Assembly: GCF_036321535.1 (NCBI RefSeq)
Contig: NC_087447.1
Span: 43,030,001 to 43,094,000, forward strand
Direction: 5' to 3'
From: Camelus dromedarius
Taxonomy: Eukaryota
Length of the DNA stretch: 64,000 nucleotides
The position numbers were made by a program, and so were the translations under genes. Shown one piece after another: positions 48,301 to 60,999 of the stretch. Positions within the stretch are counted from its first letter, which is position 1. Every line of letters begins with the position of its first letter. The notes below the pieces were generated by a model. The model was not told the origin of the DNA and ran no database searches. It saw nothing but the letters and a program-made list of their open reading frames with translations.

Positions 48301-49419
48301 AAGCCCCTCGGGCTGCTCTGCCAGACGCTCCCTTCCCAAGCCTCTGCCGACCAGAGCAGGGTCAGAGCCAGAGCCCAGGGAGCCAGCTCACCCTCTCTGT
48401 TCAAATCCCAGGTCCCAAGAGGCACAGATGTGCTGCAAAGCAGATGTCACAGCTGGGGAACCAGAGGCAGCCCAGATACTGAAGCATTCTGAATCAGAGT
48501 ATGTAACAGAGAGCAAAGCAGTCAGAGCAGGCATGTGAGAAGGTGCCATGGGACCCCACAGGGGTTGTGGGGCCATGTGGGCTTGGGGGCAGCTGCCACT
48601 GGTGGACCCCCTTCACACGGGGCAGAGCATCACGTGAGGCATCACCAGCATTTTGGGGTGCTCACTCCCTGCCATGGAACACCTCCACATACAGTTGTGC
48701 TACAGTGGGAGAGGTTTCCCCTCACCCTGTCCTGACCCTTCTGGGGGGAGTTCCACCCAGTCCTGGAGTGGAGTAAGGCCCAGGGGGGAGTCTGGTAGGG
48801 CTTCCTGAAGGAGTGAGCAAACTAGACCTTGAAGGACTGGAAGGATGTGGAAAAAGGGATTAGAGAGGAAGAGCCCTGAAAGTCAGCAGGCGGAGGGGCC
48901 CATGTGATGAGAGGCCTGGAGGTTGCATAGCCTGGTGCGTGGGGAGTAGGGGTAAGGGGGGGGGGGCAGTGCGGAGAGCAGAGGCTGGAGAGGGGGCAGA
49001 TGGCCTAGGGGCCAGGATGAAGGTGCCGCACCTCAGCCTCTGTCCCAGCGTTGGGGGAGTGTCTTGGGAAATCTGAGGGCAGGAAGAGGCCTGGTCAGGA
49101 CTGAGCTGGTGGCTGCCCAGGAGGGGCTGGCTGGGGGCTGAAGTGAAGGCTAGACAACCGCCCACAGTGAGACAGGATGGGGAGACGAAGGAATGGGGTT
49201 CAGGAGGATCCCTAGAGCCTGGGTGGGGCTCAGATACCAGGCCCAGGACCATCCTGGGAAGGAGACAGGGATGGAGCATCTTGGGAACAGGCCCGGGGCC
49301 CTCCCTTTCTTCCAGGTGCTGCCCAGGCACTGCTGAAGATTGTCTGATGGACAGATGAGTGAATTTTGAGAAGGTTTTCCAAGAACACATGATAGACAGG
49401 ATAACAGTTTGGTAACTTC

Positions 49420-50368
49420 ACTTCCGTCTCTGGTGAGGTACATATTCTTCTACCCGTAGGTGGTGGGCTTGGCCACGTGTGATTAGGAGAATTCTAAAGA
49501 TGCTCTCCAACCCCCAAGTTTTCTGACCCCTATTATTCAGTGAAACATGAATCTAGGTGCTGCCGTGAAGGGATTTTGCAGATGTAATTAAGTCCCAGGT
49601 CAGATGATATTAAAATGCAGAGATTATCCAGGCAGGCCCAACCCAATCGAGCAAGCCCTTTAAAAGCAAAGCAATTGCTCTGGTTAGCAGCAGAAAGTGA
49701 AGTCAGAAAGATTCAAAGCATGAGATGGATTTGTTGCTAGATTGAGGATGGAGGAGGCCAAGTGACCAGGGATGTGGGCTGCCTCCAGAGCTGAGAGAAA
49801 CCCTGGCTGACAGCCAGCAAGGAAGCAGGGACCTCAGTGCCATCGGCTCAAGGAACAACCTTACAGCCGCAATAGCAGGAATGAGTTTGGAAGACGATCC
49901 CGGGCTCTAGATGAAAACGCCATCAGCTCACATTCTGATTTCAGCCTGAGCAGTGAGCCCACCACGCCAAGCTGGGCTTCTGACCTACGGACTGTGAGCT
50001 AATAAGTGGGTGTTGTTTTAAGTGGCTCAGTTCATGGCAATTTGTTACACAGCAGTCGAAGACTAATGCAGCCTGGGGCTGGTCTGGACAATGGAGGTGA
50101 CAGTGTGTGATTTCTGGGACAAGGCACTGCATTTCTGCTCTGACTCTTATCTCCTTTGACGGTGTGACAAGCGCATGCCCAGGGAGCCCCTTCTGCTGAC
50201 CTCGAGGAGCCAGCCTAAACCCAGCAGAAACCTGCAGCTAGCCAGCCTGCGTCCTGAAGTAGCCACACCCAACCTGATGACCTGGGAGAGGAAAGAAATG
50301 TTGCTGCCTCCACAGAATTCTGGAGTGGTTTGTCATACAGCGAAGCCAGTAATAGTTGACTGATGCCA
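49420..50368 (+). mobile_element. MLT1H-like LTR interrupted by an MLT1E-like LTR
   Basis: Host gggcttggccacg...[insert]...caatggaggtgacagtgtg...tggtttgtcatacagc...aatagttgactgat. Confidence 0.55.
49478..50070 (+). mobile_element. MaLR solo LTR, MLT1E-like
   Basis: tgtgattaggagaattctaaagatg...aatctaggtgctgccgtgaagggattttgcagatgtaattaag...ttctgacctacggactgtgagctaataa...tttgttacacagcagtcgaagactaatgca. Confidence 0.8.
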
Positions 50369-51144
50369 CAGCGATCATTGACTGTTACAAACACCTATGT
50401 CCAAGCAGCAGCTAGGAACAGGCTGAGGCAAGAGGCAGGGGCTGTGTGGGGGTCCCGGAGCAGGACTCCCATGCAGAATGAGCCCTGGGGGCTGCAGACA
50501 GATGCTGAGTGAGCACTCACTTTGACCCCTGAGCTTAGGGCACTCAAGAGCTCACTGAGTCCTTTCAACCACCCTGGGCTTCTGCATACCCTTCCTGTTG
50601 GAGTCACCTCCTGAAGCCCTGCTAGGCAGTCTCCTTGGGAAGGATTGTGTCTGAGCCCTGTGACCTTTCCCTTGCTCCCAGGGACACCCTCACCTTCGTC
50701 CAGCCAAACTCCACCAGCGTGGACCACCCAGAGTGGTGAGCTCTTTTCTCTGCAGCGCAGGTGACTGTAGCTGACCTCTACCTTCAAACTTTCCTGGAAG
50801 ATGTCGAGATCCTACCCACTAAACTCAGGGGATGGGCTGCGTTCCCTTAAGAACCCTGGTGATGGCCTGCCAGGCCTTTCCCACTGCTGGGGCAGGTGGG
50901 GAGTGAGCAGCACTATGTGATCTCTTTAGAGAAATCCTGGCTCCCAAATCTTTCTTTGGTCTCTTGCTCTGCCCTCCAACCAGCTGGAGGCAAGTGACTG
51001 GGTGGGGGCCCTGGGCCAGTTTGGACCTCCCCTTGGCAAGCCTCGTCTGGAGCCTCTGGCCACTTCCCTGGAACATGGGCGACTGTGCTCTTGCTTTTTC
51101 CAGCTTTAGGTCACAGTCCTGAGCAGGACCTCTTCCCACCCTTT

Positions 51145-52500
51145 TCAAATGTAATGTTTATTTTGAAATAACCTCAACTTTACAGAAAAGTGGCAAGCAC
51201 AGGACACATAACTCTTTTATCCTTGAACTATTTGAAAATAAATTGCTTACAATCATGCCCCATCACCTCCCGCCCCCACGCATTAGTGTGCATTTCCCAC
51301 AGAGAGGGCCGTTTTCTTGCATAACCACCACGTGGCCAGCAAAATCAGCAAGTTAACATCAACATCTAACTGCCATTTCGTCTTCAGATCCCCCTCAAGT
51401 TTCACCACTTGTCCCAGTAATGCTCTTTATAGCAAAAGGATCCAGGTTTGGGGATCACATGTCTCACTGATTTGTACTATTTCTTCTGTTTCCTTCAGTC
51501 TGGAAATAGTCTCTCGACCTGTCCTGGTGTTGTCACTTTTGAAGCTACAGGCTAGTTCTTTAGTAGACTGTCCCTCAATTTGGGTTTGACTAATGTTCCT
51601 CAAGATTCAGTTGAGGCTGTGCATTTGTTGCAGAAAGATGACAGAAGTGATGGAGGCTTCTTCTTGTTGCCTCCAATCAGGTGGTGCCCAGTTTTGATTT
51701 GTTGCATTAGTGACGTCCACGTTGATCACTTGACTAAGATGGTGTCTGCCAGGCTTCACTGTAAAATCTTTTGGCCTTTGTAATTAATAACTGTGTGGAA
51801 ATGTACTTTGAGACTACGTAAATATCCCTTTCCTCATTCAATTTTCAGTGGTTTCATTTATGTCAGTATGGATTCGTGGTTTCCTATTTTATTCAATAGG
51901 TTATCAACTGCTACTATCATTATTTATTTTGATGTTCACGTTGCCCCAGATTTGGCCAGTGGGAGCCCCTGATGCTGGCTTCTGCTTCTTTGATATATCC
52001 ACATCAGGATTTGAGCACACTTGCTTTTTGGCACAGTAAGACGTCCTAGGTTCATCTGTACTTTCCCTGCTCCAGCCCTGGAATCAGTCATTTCTCCAAG
52101 AAATCCTGGTTTATCTTCATGAGCAACTACACTTAGAATTCGCTATCTGGGTGCGAGGGGTGCTCTTTGCTATTGATGTAGCACTGTTCCCAGGCCCTCT
52201 GGGAGGACTGAGCAAAGAAATAGATGAATATAGGTCAATTGATCGATAGATCACAGTTAATCTATATTTTTGCTTTTATCTATCTGGCTGTCTGTCTATC
52301 TATCTATCATCATCTATCTCATCTATGTCTCTACTGAGAACTGAGTGCACATCAACACCTCCAGTTCTAACCCAGGATCATTCTAGTTTTCTCTCTTTGC
52401 TTATTTGTAACTCCCTTCCCCCACAGTGTGAAGCATGAGTCCCATTAGCCTCCATATATTTATGCATTTGATCCCCTGTATTAGTCAGGCTCCCCCAGCC
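51145..52500 (-). mobile_element. Old LINE-1 3' end (L1MC4/5-like)
   Basis: tttattttgaaataacctcaactttacagaaaagtggcaa...gatcacttgactaagatggtgtctgccaggcttcactgtaaa...ccctgctccagccctggaatcagtcatttctccaag. Confidence 0.8.
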
Positions 52501-54229
52501 CAGCACTCTCCCAGGTGCCTCCCTCACCCCGTCTGTGTTCAGACCTACCGAGTTGGACTCCCCCCTCCACGTGGGAGTCCGGCTCATCCACTCAGGCTCC
52601 AGCACCACACCCTGCTCTGGGCCACCATGGCCTCCCCTGGCCTCTGGTGCAGACTTGACCTTGCTTGGCCTCAACTCATGGCTTTTGGACAGAGTTGTTC
52701 ATGAAGGAAAGGGAGGAAGGAAAAGGGAGGAAAAAGGAGGAGGACGAAGAACAGAGAGTACCAAATCCATTACTAAATCTCTCTCAGTTGCCTGGGATGG
52801 TGGGCCACCCCCTTTCCTGTGGGCCCCGTTTGCCACTGCCGTTTTGCAGACCTTGGGTTATCAGACTGGTGAGCGGCTTTGCTTGTGCTCAGCCCTCCTC
52901 TCCATTCCCTCTACTCAAGCTCTCTGTGCCTCAGCCTTCTCATCTGCAGAATGCAGATAACAGTAGAATCTACCTCAGATGTTGTTGAGAGGATGCAACG
53001 GTCCAGGCCCAGGGCATACCAGGCCTTCTGGGGGACCTGCCCCAGGGCCTTGTCACTGTGCCCTCCTCCCCCTCACTGTTCTAGCCTGCTCCTGGCGGTT
53101 GCTCAGGCAGAAGTGTAACTGGACAAGCTTAAAGTCCATCCTTCCACCCTGCTGCATTCAAGCCGGCAAGCTGAGCACCCACTTCCCATCCCCACTGCAG
53201 GTGAGCCTTCACATGTTTGGGCCTTGCCTGGAGGGCAGAGATAGGCCCTTAGCTGGGTGGCAGACCTCAGTTCCTGACCCTGACTGTGCCCATGTCAGCC
53301 TGGTGCCCCACCCAACAATATGCTGGAGGCAGCATGGGCTGTTGGCTCAAGGGGGTCTCCACAGCTGCCCTGGGCATGGGCTTGTTCCCAGGGCTCAGAC
53401 ATGCTCTGTCCTTGGGCTGTGACTCCTCCCAGTCCCCTCACCCTGAAGTCTTTTTCCTTGTTGTCTCTGAGTTGAGGCTACATCGCAGGAGAGACCAATG
53501 CTCAGCACGGCTTGGCAGCTGTGTGCAGGCAGTCTATGATTTTTTAGGATGTGGAGAAGGCCTGGTGGCAGCTGTGTCATAATGGAGGACATCTGGGCAG
53601 AGTCTGGGGAAACAAGAGAGGGCTAGGAAGAGAGGCTGAGTGAAGCCAGGAGCCTGGTGTGGGGAGGTGGCTGGAGTCCCCCTGGCTACATAGGCTGGGC
53701 TCCCGGGAAGCCAGCCTTCAGAGTGGACAGTAGCTACAGTGGACCGAGTCCCTACAGTTTTCTGCCTTCAATTCCCATGCATCTCTAGACAATTCCTGGC
53801 ATGGAGCTCTGGTTACAGACTTGGCATGAACCCTCTGGGCTGACAGCCCCACAGAGGAGCAGTGTGCATGGTTCAAATGTGATTCTGGGGTCCACCTCAA
53901 GGATGCAGTTCCCTTCCTGTAATGCCTGTGGGATTCCTGGAGCGGGACAGGAGGCTGCTTTCTCCTAGTGGGAGGGGTATCAGGGCAGAAGCACCCTGGG
54001 GTGTGCAAGGATTTCCCTGTGGGGCAGGTGCCTACCCCTGCCACCCTTTGAAGCCCAGGCCTGTGCACAGGCCTGGAGCTCGGGGCTAATTGTGAATTAG
54101 GAGCCCAATTATGCCCGGCAAAATTGGCTCTGCACTGCCTCCTCTTCTCGACAGACATGTATATTAATAGTTGGCACTTATTGAACCAAATATGAATATT
54201 CATCTTCATTTATATTTCAAGGCCTTTCC

Positions 54230-54745
54230 TCCCGGAGGCCCGCGGGGCTGCGACCAGCTCCAGCCCCATCACGGAGCTGACAGCTCGCACTCCTGGGCCC
54301 TGACTCCTGGCTCCGCGGGGCGGCGGCGGCGGGCCTGGCTCCCAGCTGTCCACAAACACTCATTAGGGGGCCGGACCCAGCGAGCTGCGGAGAATGTGTA
54401 ATCGCGCCGCGCGCTGCTAATTAGGGAGCTGATGGGGCATTGAGGGCGAGAGGACGAATTCTTTAAACAGAGGACGGGAAACTTGAAGAGCTGTAATTAC
54501 TTGGAGCAGAGTTCATTTCTGAACTTGGGAGCCAATGAGTCTGATGACAGCCCGGCCTGGAGGAGGGCGGGGGCGGTGGGGGCGGCAGGGAAGGAGGAGC
54601 AAGCCGCGGGTCCAGGCACCTCAACTCCAAGCCTCCACGGTTCCCAGGAGGCGGGCCCCGCCTTCATTTTGTTGAGTGCAATCCAGCTGTGTGTGCGCAC
54701 CCTCTTCCCCCCAACCCCGCCCCCACAGCGTCCTCGCCCTCCGTG
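54230..54745. promoter_or_regulatory. Orphan CpG island with CCAAT box, GC boxes and homeodomain sites
   Basis: About 37 CpGs in ~510 bp by manual count; AGCCAATGAG at 54530-54539; GGGCGG repeats at ~54565-54585; CTAATTAG at 54417-54424. Confidence 0.7.
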
Positions 54746-55726
54746 GTCACCTTGGGCTCAAGCTCCTGTCTCTCCAGCCTGCTCCCCTGGCATGACGGGT
54801 CATCCCTGGGCGCTCTCAGCTCCACCGAGGGCCTTGGCTCTCCACTGACTGCCACCACCGCCCAGAATGGTGATAGCTAATGCCACTCTTTCCCGGAGCC
54901 GGTGGAGATGGAGGGCTTCAGGCTTCCCGTCCCCTAGGGCTGGGACTGACGGGAATTATACCACATGGGGGGCAAGTTTAGAGCTCCTGCCAACAGGACT
55001 TCCTCCAGAATGTCCCAGGACCCTAAGAGGAGGTGTTGACACCTGGTGCTCTCTACACCTCACCCACCTCCCCCAGCTCCAGGACCACTGCTCCACCCAG
55101 GTCTCCGGGAGACCTCTGTCTGAAATCTCACCCTCACGCTCAGGAAAACCTTGCCAGCCACTATCAGCAGGTATCTGTCCTTCTGCCTCAGTGCAGAGTC
55201 CCACTTCAGTCATCCGTTTCAGAGCAGCTGGGCTAGGGGAGGCGCACTGCTCCATCCTCCCCTCCGCATCCCCTTTAAGGTCCAGTGCCACTCAGGTCTC
55301 CCAGGACAGCTGTGGGCAGGAAGAGCCCCAGGCCCGTGGTCAGCCGTGGACTTGGCAGCCTCTGCGTGGATTGTCCTGTCTCTGATCCCACTGGGGTGAG
55401 CTTTGTGCCTGATTGTCCCTGTAACATCTGACAGATCCCATTGGAAACGTGCCTACCTCCCCCAGCCCCTACCCAGTTGGCAGCAATGGTTAGGTCTGAA
55501 TCCATACTCTGAAAGGACACACTTCCTTAGTTCGCAAGGGGTGTCGCCCCCTCTCCCCGCTATTGGGCAGAGTGGTGTTTGTTTTCTTGCCTCTTGGCCT
55601 TTACTCTGTTGCTCAAGGAGAAGCTCATGACTCAAGCTGCATTTTTAAGGTCTGTCATCTTCCTTCTAGAAGGCAGTTGTCAGTACTTCCTTCTAATTCT
55701 AGCCGCTGCTTTGTATGCTAACTAGT

Positions 55727-56010
55727 GATGGTGGTGGTGGTGGTGGTGATCACAACAAAAACTCCCATTTATTGAGTGTTTCCTAGGTGCCAGGCACCAG
55801 TCTTGGTGCTTCATATGTATTAACTCATTCAATCCTCACAGGAACCCGAAGTGGATATTAGTACTGTTTATTATGTCTCAGTTTATAGATGAGGAAATGG
55901 AGGTTCAGAAAAGCTTGGTGGCTTGTGGGTAAGTGGCAGAGCAGGGATGGATTTGAACTCCAGTCTTTCTGGCCCCAAAGCCTGTGCTTCTAAACTCAGT
56001 CCTCAACTGC
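55727..56010 (-). mobile_element. MIR SINE preceded by (TGG)n
   Basis: ccatttattgagtgtttcctaggtgccaggcac...aactcattcaatcctcaca...tttatagatgaggaaatggaggttcaga...atttgaactccagtct. Confidence 0.85.
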
Positions 56011-56165
56011 TCCTGGAAGCCCAGCCAGTGGGGTCTGGGGCTCCTGGGGCCAGGGACCCAGACTGTATCTGATGAGGATGGAGTCAGAGGACAGTCATGT
56101 CATTCCTCAGGTTCCCCTAAGAGACGTGGGAGGAATCTGGGCAACATTTTCCTCACTTCTGTATA

Positions 56166-56450
56166 GATCTGCGCTGTCCAGTACTGTTGCCACTAACCCC
56201 ATGTGGCTATTTAAATGCACGCAAATTAAATGAAATTACAAAGAGGGTGGGTATAGTTCAGTGGTAGAGTGCACGCTTAGCATATATGAGGTCCTGGGTT
56301 CAATCCCCAGTACTGCCATTAAAATAAATAAGTAAAACCCTAATTACCCCCCAAATTTTTTTGAACAATATTTTTTTAAAAAGACTGATAATAAATAAAT
56401 AAATTACAAATTGAGTTCCTCAGTCACGCCAGCCATGTTTCCATGTTCAG
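56166..56450 (+). mobile_element. hAT-Charlie MER3/MER33-like element interrupted by a SINE
   Basis: gcgctgtccagtactgttgccactaaccccatgtggctatttaaat...[SINE]...aaattgagttcctcagtcacgccagcca. Confidence 0.7.
56243..56400 (+). mobile_element. tRNA-derived SINE, camelid Vic-1 type, with 10-bp TSD
   Basis: gagggtgggtatagttcagtggtagagtgcacgcttagcatatatgaggtcctgggttcaatccccagtactgcc..aaaataaataagtaaaaccctaattacccc; AAATTACAAA at 56233-56242 and 56401-56410. Confidence 0.9.
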
Positions 56451-57479
56451 AAGTCAGATGTGAAGTATTCACCTCCCTGGTTATCAAGCAGACCATCCTG
56501 AATGCCGGTCGGTGGCCTTCCTAGCTTGGGGTAGAACATGGAATCAGAAACCTTCAGGAATCTCCCCAGCACCCTGCAGGGCCTCAGGGCATGAACACCT
56601 GGCGGGGACAGGGTGGGAAGGGGCTGTGTGGAAGCCCACCCTTCCACCTGCCTCTGCAGCCCGCATCCAAGCGCCAGAGCAGCGATTAGCAGAAGGGGGC
56701 CGCCGCTTAAACCTTCCTTTCCCCTTCTCCAGGAGGCGAGCTGCTCAGAAGCTTTGCTCTTTTTCTTGCAAGAAGAGATCAGAAACAAACATTCAGGCCG
56801 GACCTGGCTCTCTCCTGTCTCTCGGCATGAAGTCTGTGCCCAACCCCACCAGCCTCCACTGCCAATTAGGGAAGGGAGGCTGCGGCCATGGAGAGGCCAG
56901 CAGCCAGCGCCCAGCCAGCAGCCCACCGGGCCCCCTCCCAGCTAATCAGGTCCTAATTGACGTGGGGGCTTGCCCTGCAGCTCTCCCCTTGCTCCACGAG
57001 CCCAGCTGCTGCTCCTCCCCTGGAAGGGGCTCAGCCCTTTGTCCCAACAAGTTTGAAACCATCTGGACAAAAGGTGGGAGCCCGGTGTTCACAGCACTCA
57101 GGACTTTCTTCACGCCCCTGGGCAGATTGCTGGGAGAGAAAGCTCCTTGACACGATGTAACCTGCGAGGAGCGCGGGGCGGGAGGGAGGGTGCGTCAGGG
57201 GGTGCACTCCTGTGCAGGAGTTCAGACCCCAACACTAGATACCCTTAGGTCTGTGCCTTAGGATACTCTGTGTGGGGAAGCAAGGATGGGGGCGGGATTA
57301 GGAAAGGAGATGAGGCCTGAGGGTGAGAGTGGAGGTGAGGGCAGGGGTGGAAAGACTGGCAGCTGGCTCAGGCTGAGCCTGGCAGGGGTTTTTCCTCACC
57401 AATGCCACCTTGTCCTTGGAGCTGATCCACTTGGAGGAAAGCCAAGGAAGGGAGGAGGGGACACAGTTACAGAGCATTC

Positions 57480-57650
57480 TCCTCTTGCATCTCACGCTAC
57501 GGTTTATAAAATACTTCCTCCTGGTTTATCCCCACAGCTTTGGGAAGCAAGCAGGGCAGGACTGTCATTCCCATTCTGCAGAAGGGGAAAACTGAGCCCC
57601 ACAGTGGGGAAATGATTTGCTCAAGGCCACACAGGATGGAGTTGAAAATT
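57480..57650 (-). mobile_element. MIR SINE (degenerate)
   Basis: cattcccattctgcagaaggggaaaactgagccccacag...gatttgctcaaggccacacag. Confidence 0.7.
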
Positions 57651-59019
57651 GACCTTTGTTCTCTCCCCAGCCCAGGGCTTCAACACAGGCTGTGGTCCCT
57701 GGCAGCCTACAGAAATGTCAGACTGCTACTTCCCTTGGGGAATGTTATTTATTATTAAATTGGCTACCTTTGTTTCCAAATGGCCTTATTTGGGGCTGTG
57801 GCTAATAGTTTTTATTTGGAGCGGTAGGAAAAATGGCATAGGTGAGAGACTTTGAATTGGCTCTACATAACTTTGAAAACCACTCCAAAGAAATTTGGTC
57901 CAGGCTGCAAGGTTAAAGAGATACCCTAGACAACCCTCAGGCCTCCAAGGAAAGCACTCTTTCTCCAAGACAGCCAAAAACAGTAGGTAGAGAGAATTTT
58001 GAACATGGAAACATGGAAAGGGCTTTCATTTTGGATGTTAAATTCTCTGTAATGAAGGGAGAAGAGGTGAGATTCAGACTTGGGGGGGGGGGGTTCTGCT
58101 GCTCCTTAGTCTGTTGCCGCCTGTGCTGTCCCTGGTGCTCCCAGTGTCCACTTCATTGAACTAGCTGCGGCAATGGGGCTGGTCAGAACTTAAGCAGGGA
58201 AATAGAAGGGGGATGAACTTTTGGCCTAAGTGTGTGGGACAGCCTTGAGTTACTCAGTTAATGTCCTGTTCTAACCTATTCAGAGGCCTCTGGACCCACA
58301 GCTCTCCATAGGTATTGATAGAGGGGCCTTAGTGAGCTGGGAATAGAACTGTATCAGGGGGCTGCTGATTGTGCACAACCCACCCCTCACCCTGGAGGCA
58401 CCCCCCCACTAGGTAGACCAGAAAGTCAAGAGAGAACAGAAACGGGGTGCTTCACCCTCTTCTTTCCCCTTCCCAGACCTTTTTCTGAACACTGTCCCCC
58501 CAGTTCCTGCCAAAGGAGGCTTTGTCAACCTGCATGGTCAGAACTCAGGACATGGATTGGGGCCACGGCCATGGTCTTAGTAAACCCTGATTCGGGTTCA
58601 AGGCATCTTGCTGACCCAGGCAGGGCATGAGCCTTGGGTCTTGCAGCCACTGCTCCTCTGCTCATCGCTTCTGGTTCCACGTCCTGGGAGGAGAAGTGAA
58701 CTGAAAACCTCTCCTGGGGCTTCACTTTCTTTCCTCAGGCCCTGGGGAGGTGCTGATGCCACATTTAGATTTGGGGAAGCACTCGGCCCCTCTGAAGCCA
58801 CACTCAACATTACAGGTTCTGGCTGCTCAGGGCACTGTGCTGGGCATTAGGCATCACATAGCTATTAATAAAACAGGGCTCTGATCTCCACTCTGCTCTT
58901 GCTCCCTCAGGACCCCTCCACCCCCCACCAGGAAGGGGATGTTACGCAGGGCAGGATGCAGGCATTCCTGGGTCCTCAGCAGAAATCATCCCTAACAGCA
59001 CAAAACCTCACCCTTAACC

Positions 59020-59300
59020 TAGAATAGTTATTAACATATTAATTAATATTTAAAAACTCATTATGCCTTGATGACGGCTTCCTTAAGCTGCTTTTGTATT
59101 AATTGCAGCCACCCAGAAGCAATAACCATACTTATGTGGCAAAATGGAGTCATTCTGCTTAATTACCAAGGAGGTTTTACAGGCAGTCTTCAAAGCCCAC
59201 AAACAATCAGAGAGTTGATGCCATGTCTTCTTTTTAGATTTTCTTCTAAATTGGATGCTGTGATGATTAGGACGCTGTTTCTTATATTGAGGTGAAACCT
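59020..59300. promoter_or_regulatory. Putative conserved enhancer (TAAT-rich)
   Basis: AT-rich unique block with the palindrome ATATTAATTAATAT, plus TATTAATTG, CTTAATTA and AACAAT (SOX-like); function inferred. Confidence 0.4.
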
Positions 59301-60999
59301 TGCCATCAACACCCTGCTTTCCTGCCACTACGCCAGGCTGGAGCACCTGGGCCCCCAAGGCGCAGGGCTCTACCTGTCCCGAGGCTGTGGGGGGCTATTT
59401 AACATCAGCCCTGCACATTGGGGCTGCTCGGCTGGACAACCCCGCAGTCTGAGGCCCAAGGTCTGGGAACACTTCTCCGTCTCCTCCTGGCAGGGTTCTG
59501 CCTCTGAGCCCTGGACTAAGAACCTAATGCTGTCTGCGGTTAACATCTTCAGGTGGGCTTTGCCTTCAATCTTTTCGGTTCCCCGGGGGTGATCCTGCCA
59601 GGCTCTGCCACAGCATCCCTCCTCCCTGTTACCTGAAGACTTCTGCTTGAACTACTTTCTGCCACATCAGTGCCCAAGCCTACAAGGGGTCCTGTGGCCA
59701 CTGCCCCCCCCTTCACTGCCCAGGGGGTCCTGTGACAGCAGTAAAAGCAGGGACAGTTGCAGAGGGCGAAGGTGATGGCAGATAGGCCACAGCAGGCTCT
59801 GCTTATGTCCCCCTGCCTGTGTGTACAGGTCCCTGAACGCCTCTGAGGATTTTAGGATTTCTGTCACCTTCCAGAGGAGCTGGAGGCACAGTATGACAGG
59901 GACCTCTGGTGGCCTTTGCCTCCTTCAGGCTCCAAGGTGTTGGAGGTGCTCATGGTGGCTTGGGGGCCTGAATACTGGGGCTGGTGCAGGGGGCGCCTGG
60001 AGTGGCATCTGTTCAGGAGGCCAGCAGAATGTGTGACTGCTGACACTGTGTGTCTGTCAGTATCTGCAAAGTGATGGTACACTGGACTATGCCTTACGAG
60101 TCCTGGCCCCAAGGAAGCCCTCAGGGGCAGTGATGGAGTCAGACAGTGTTGAGAGATGGAATCAGCTTACTATGCTTTAGAAAGTATGGTGAGGTGAGGG
60201 CAGGGAAACTGGTGAATCCCTCCCGTGGTGCTGATAATGCTGGTACTCATCCATCATGCACAGACACGGCCTGAACCGGTCAGAACCCCGGCCACTCTAA
60301 GGTGGTCCCTTATAGCCCGCCGGGTGGGGTGGGCAGAGGCCAGTGGCCACCATGGTCCTTCTGAACTACTGAACCCATGGCCCTGGACTGGCACAGGCTG
60401 GGGAGGTGTCAGGCTCGCAGAGGACGTTCAAGGTGGGGGCAGAGCAAGAGTGAGGTTTGCGGTTGGGTCTGGGCTCAGTCAGGGTAGGCCTGACATAACG
60501 CTGGATTCAGGTCAGGGGTCAAAGGAGGCTTCCATGGTTGCTTAGGAGAGGGGTCAGGATTAGGGAACAGAACTGGAGTTTGGTTTTAGGAGGGGAAAGA
60601 ATTTTGTCCTGGATGAGTATAGAGTTGCGGTTATGTATGTGTCTGGGGGTGGGATTTGCTCATTTGGGGGATACTATTTGGGGACCCAGACAGAGGACAA
60701 GACCAGGCAGTCATCCCCAGGGTCTACCCCTGCTCGCCCTCGGGGAACACCCAGGGGTTTCCTTCTATTGTTTCCAGCCCAGTGTCTGTGATTTCTCTCC
60801 CCCGTCCTTGTCCCAGGGCCTTCTCCTGTCCCAACCATTTTCTGAGACCAGGGGTGTTGGGAGTTGGTGACCCTGGGGAAGCCCTGAACAGAAGGTTCCT
60901 AGTCACTTCCATTGCTGCCAGTGTGGGCGGCGTGGCGCCCTCTCCAAAGGACAGTGGTTCTCGGGCCTCCCTCTTCCCTTTCTCCTCCCAGCCTTCCCA

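Noticed and set aside
59983..59996. GGTGCAGGGGGCGC, CTCF-like
   Set aside because: It lacks both leading C positions of the core, and such partial matches are frequent in GC-rich DNA.
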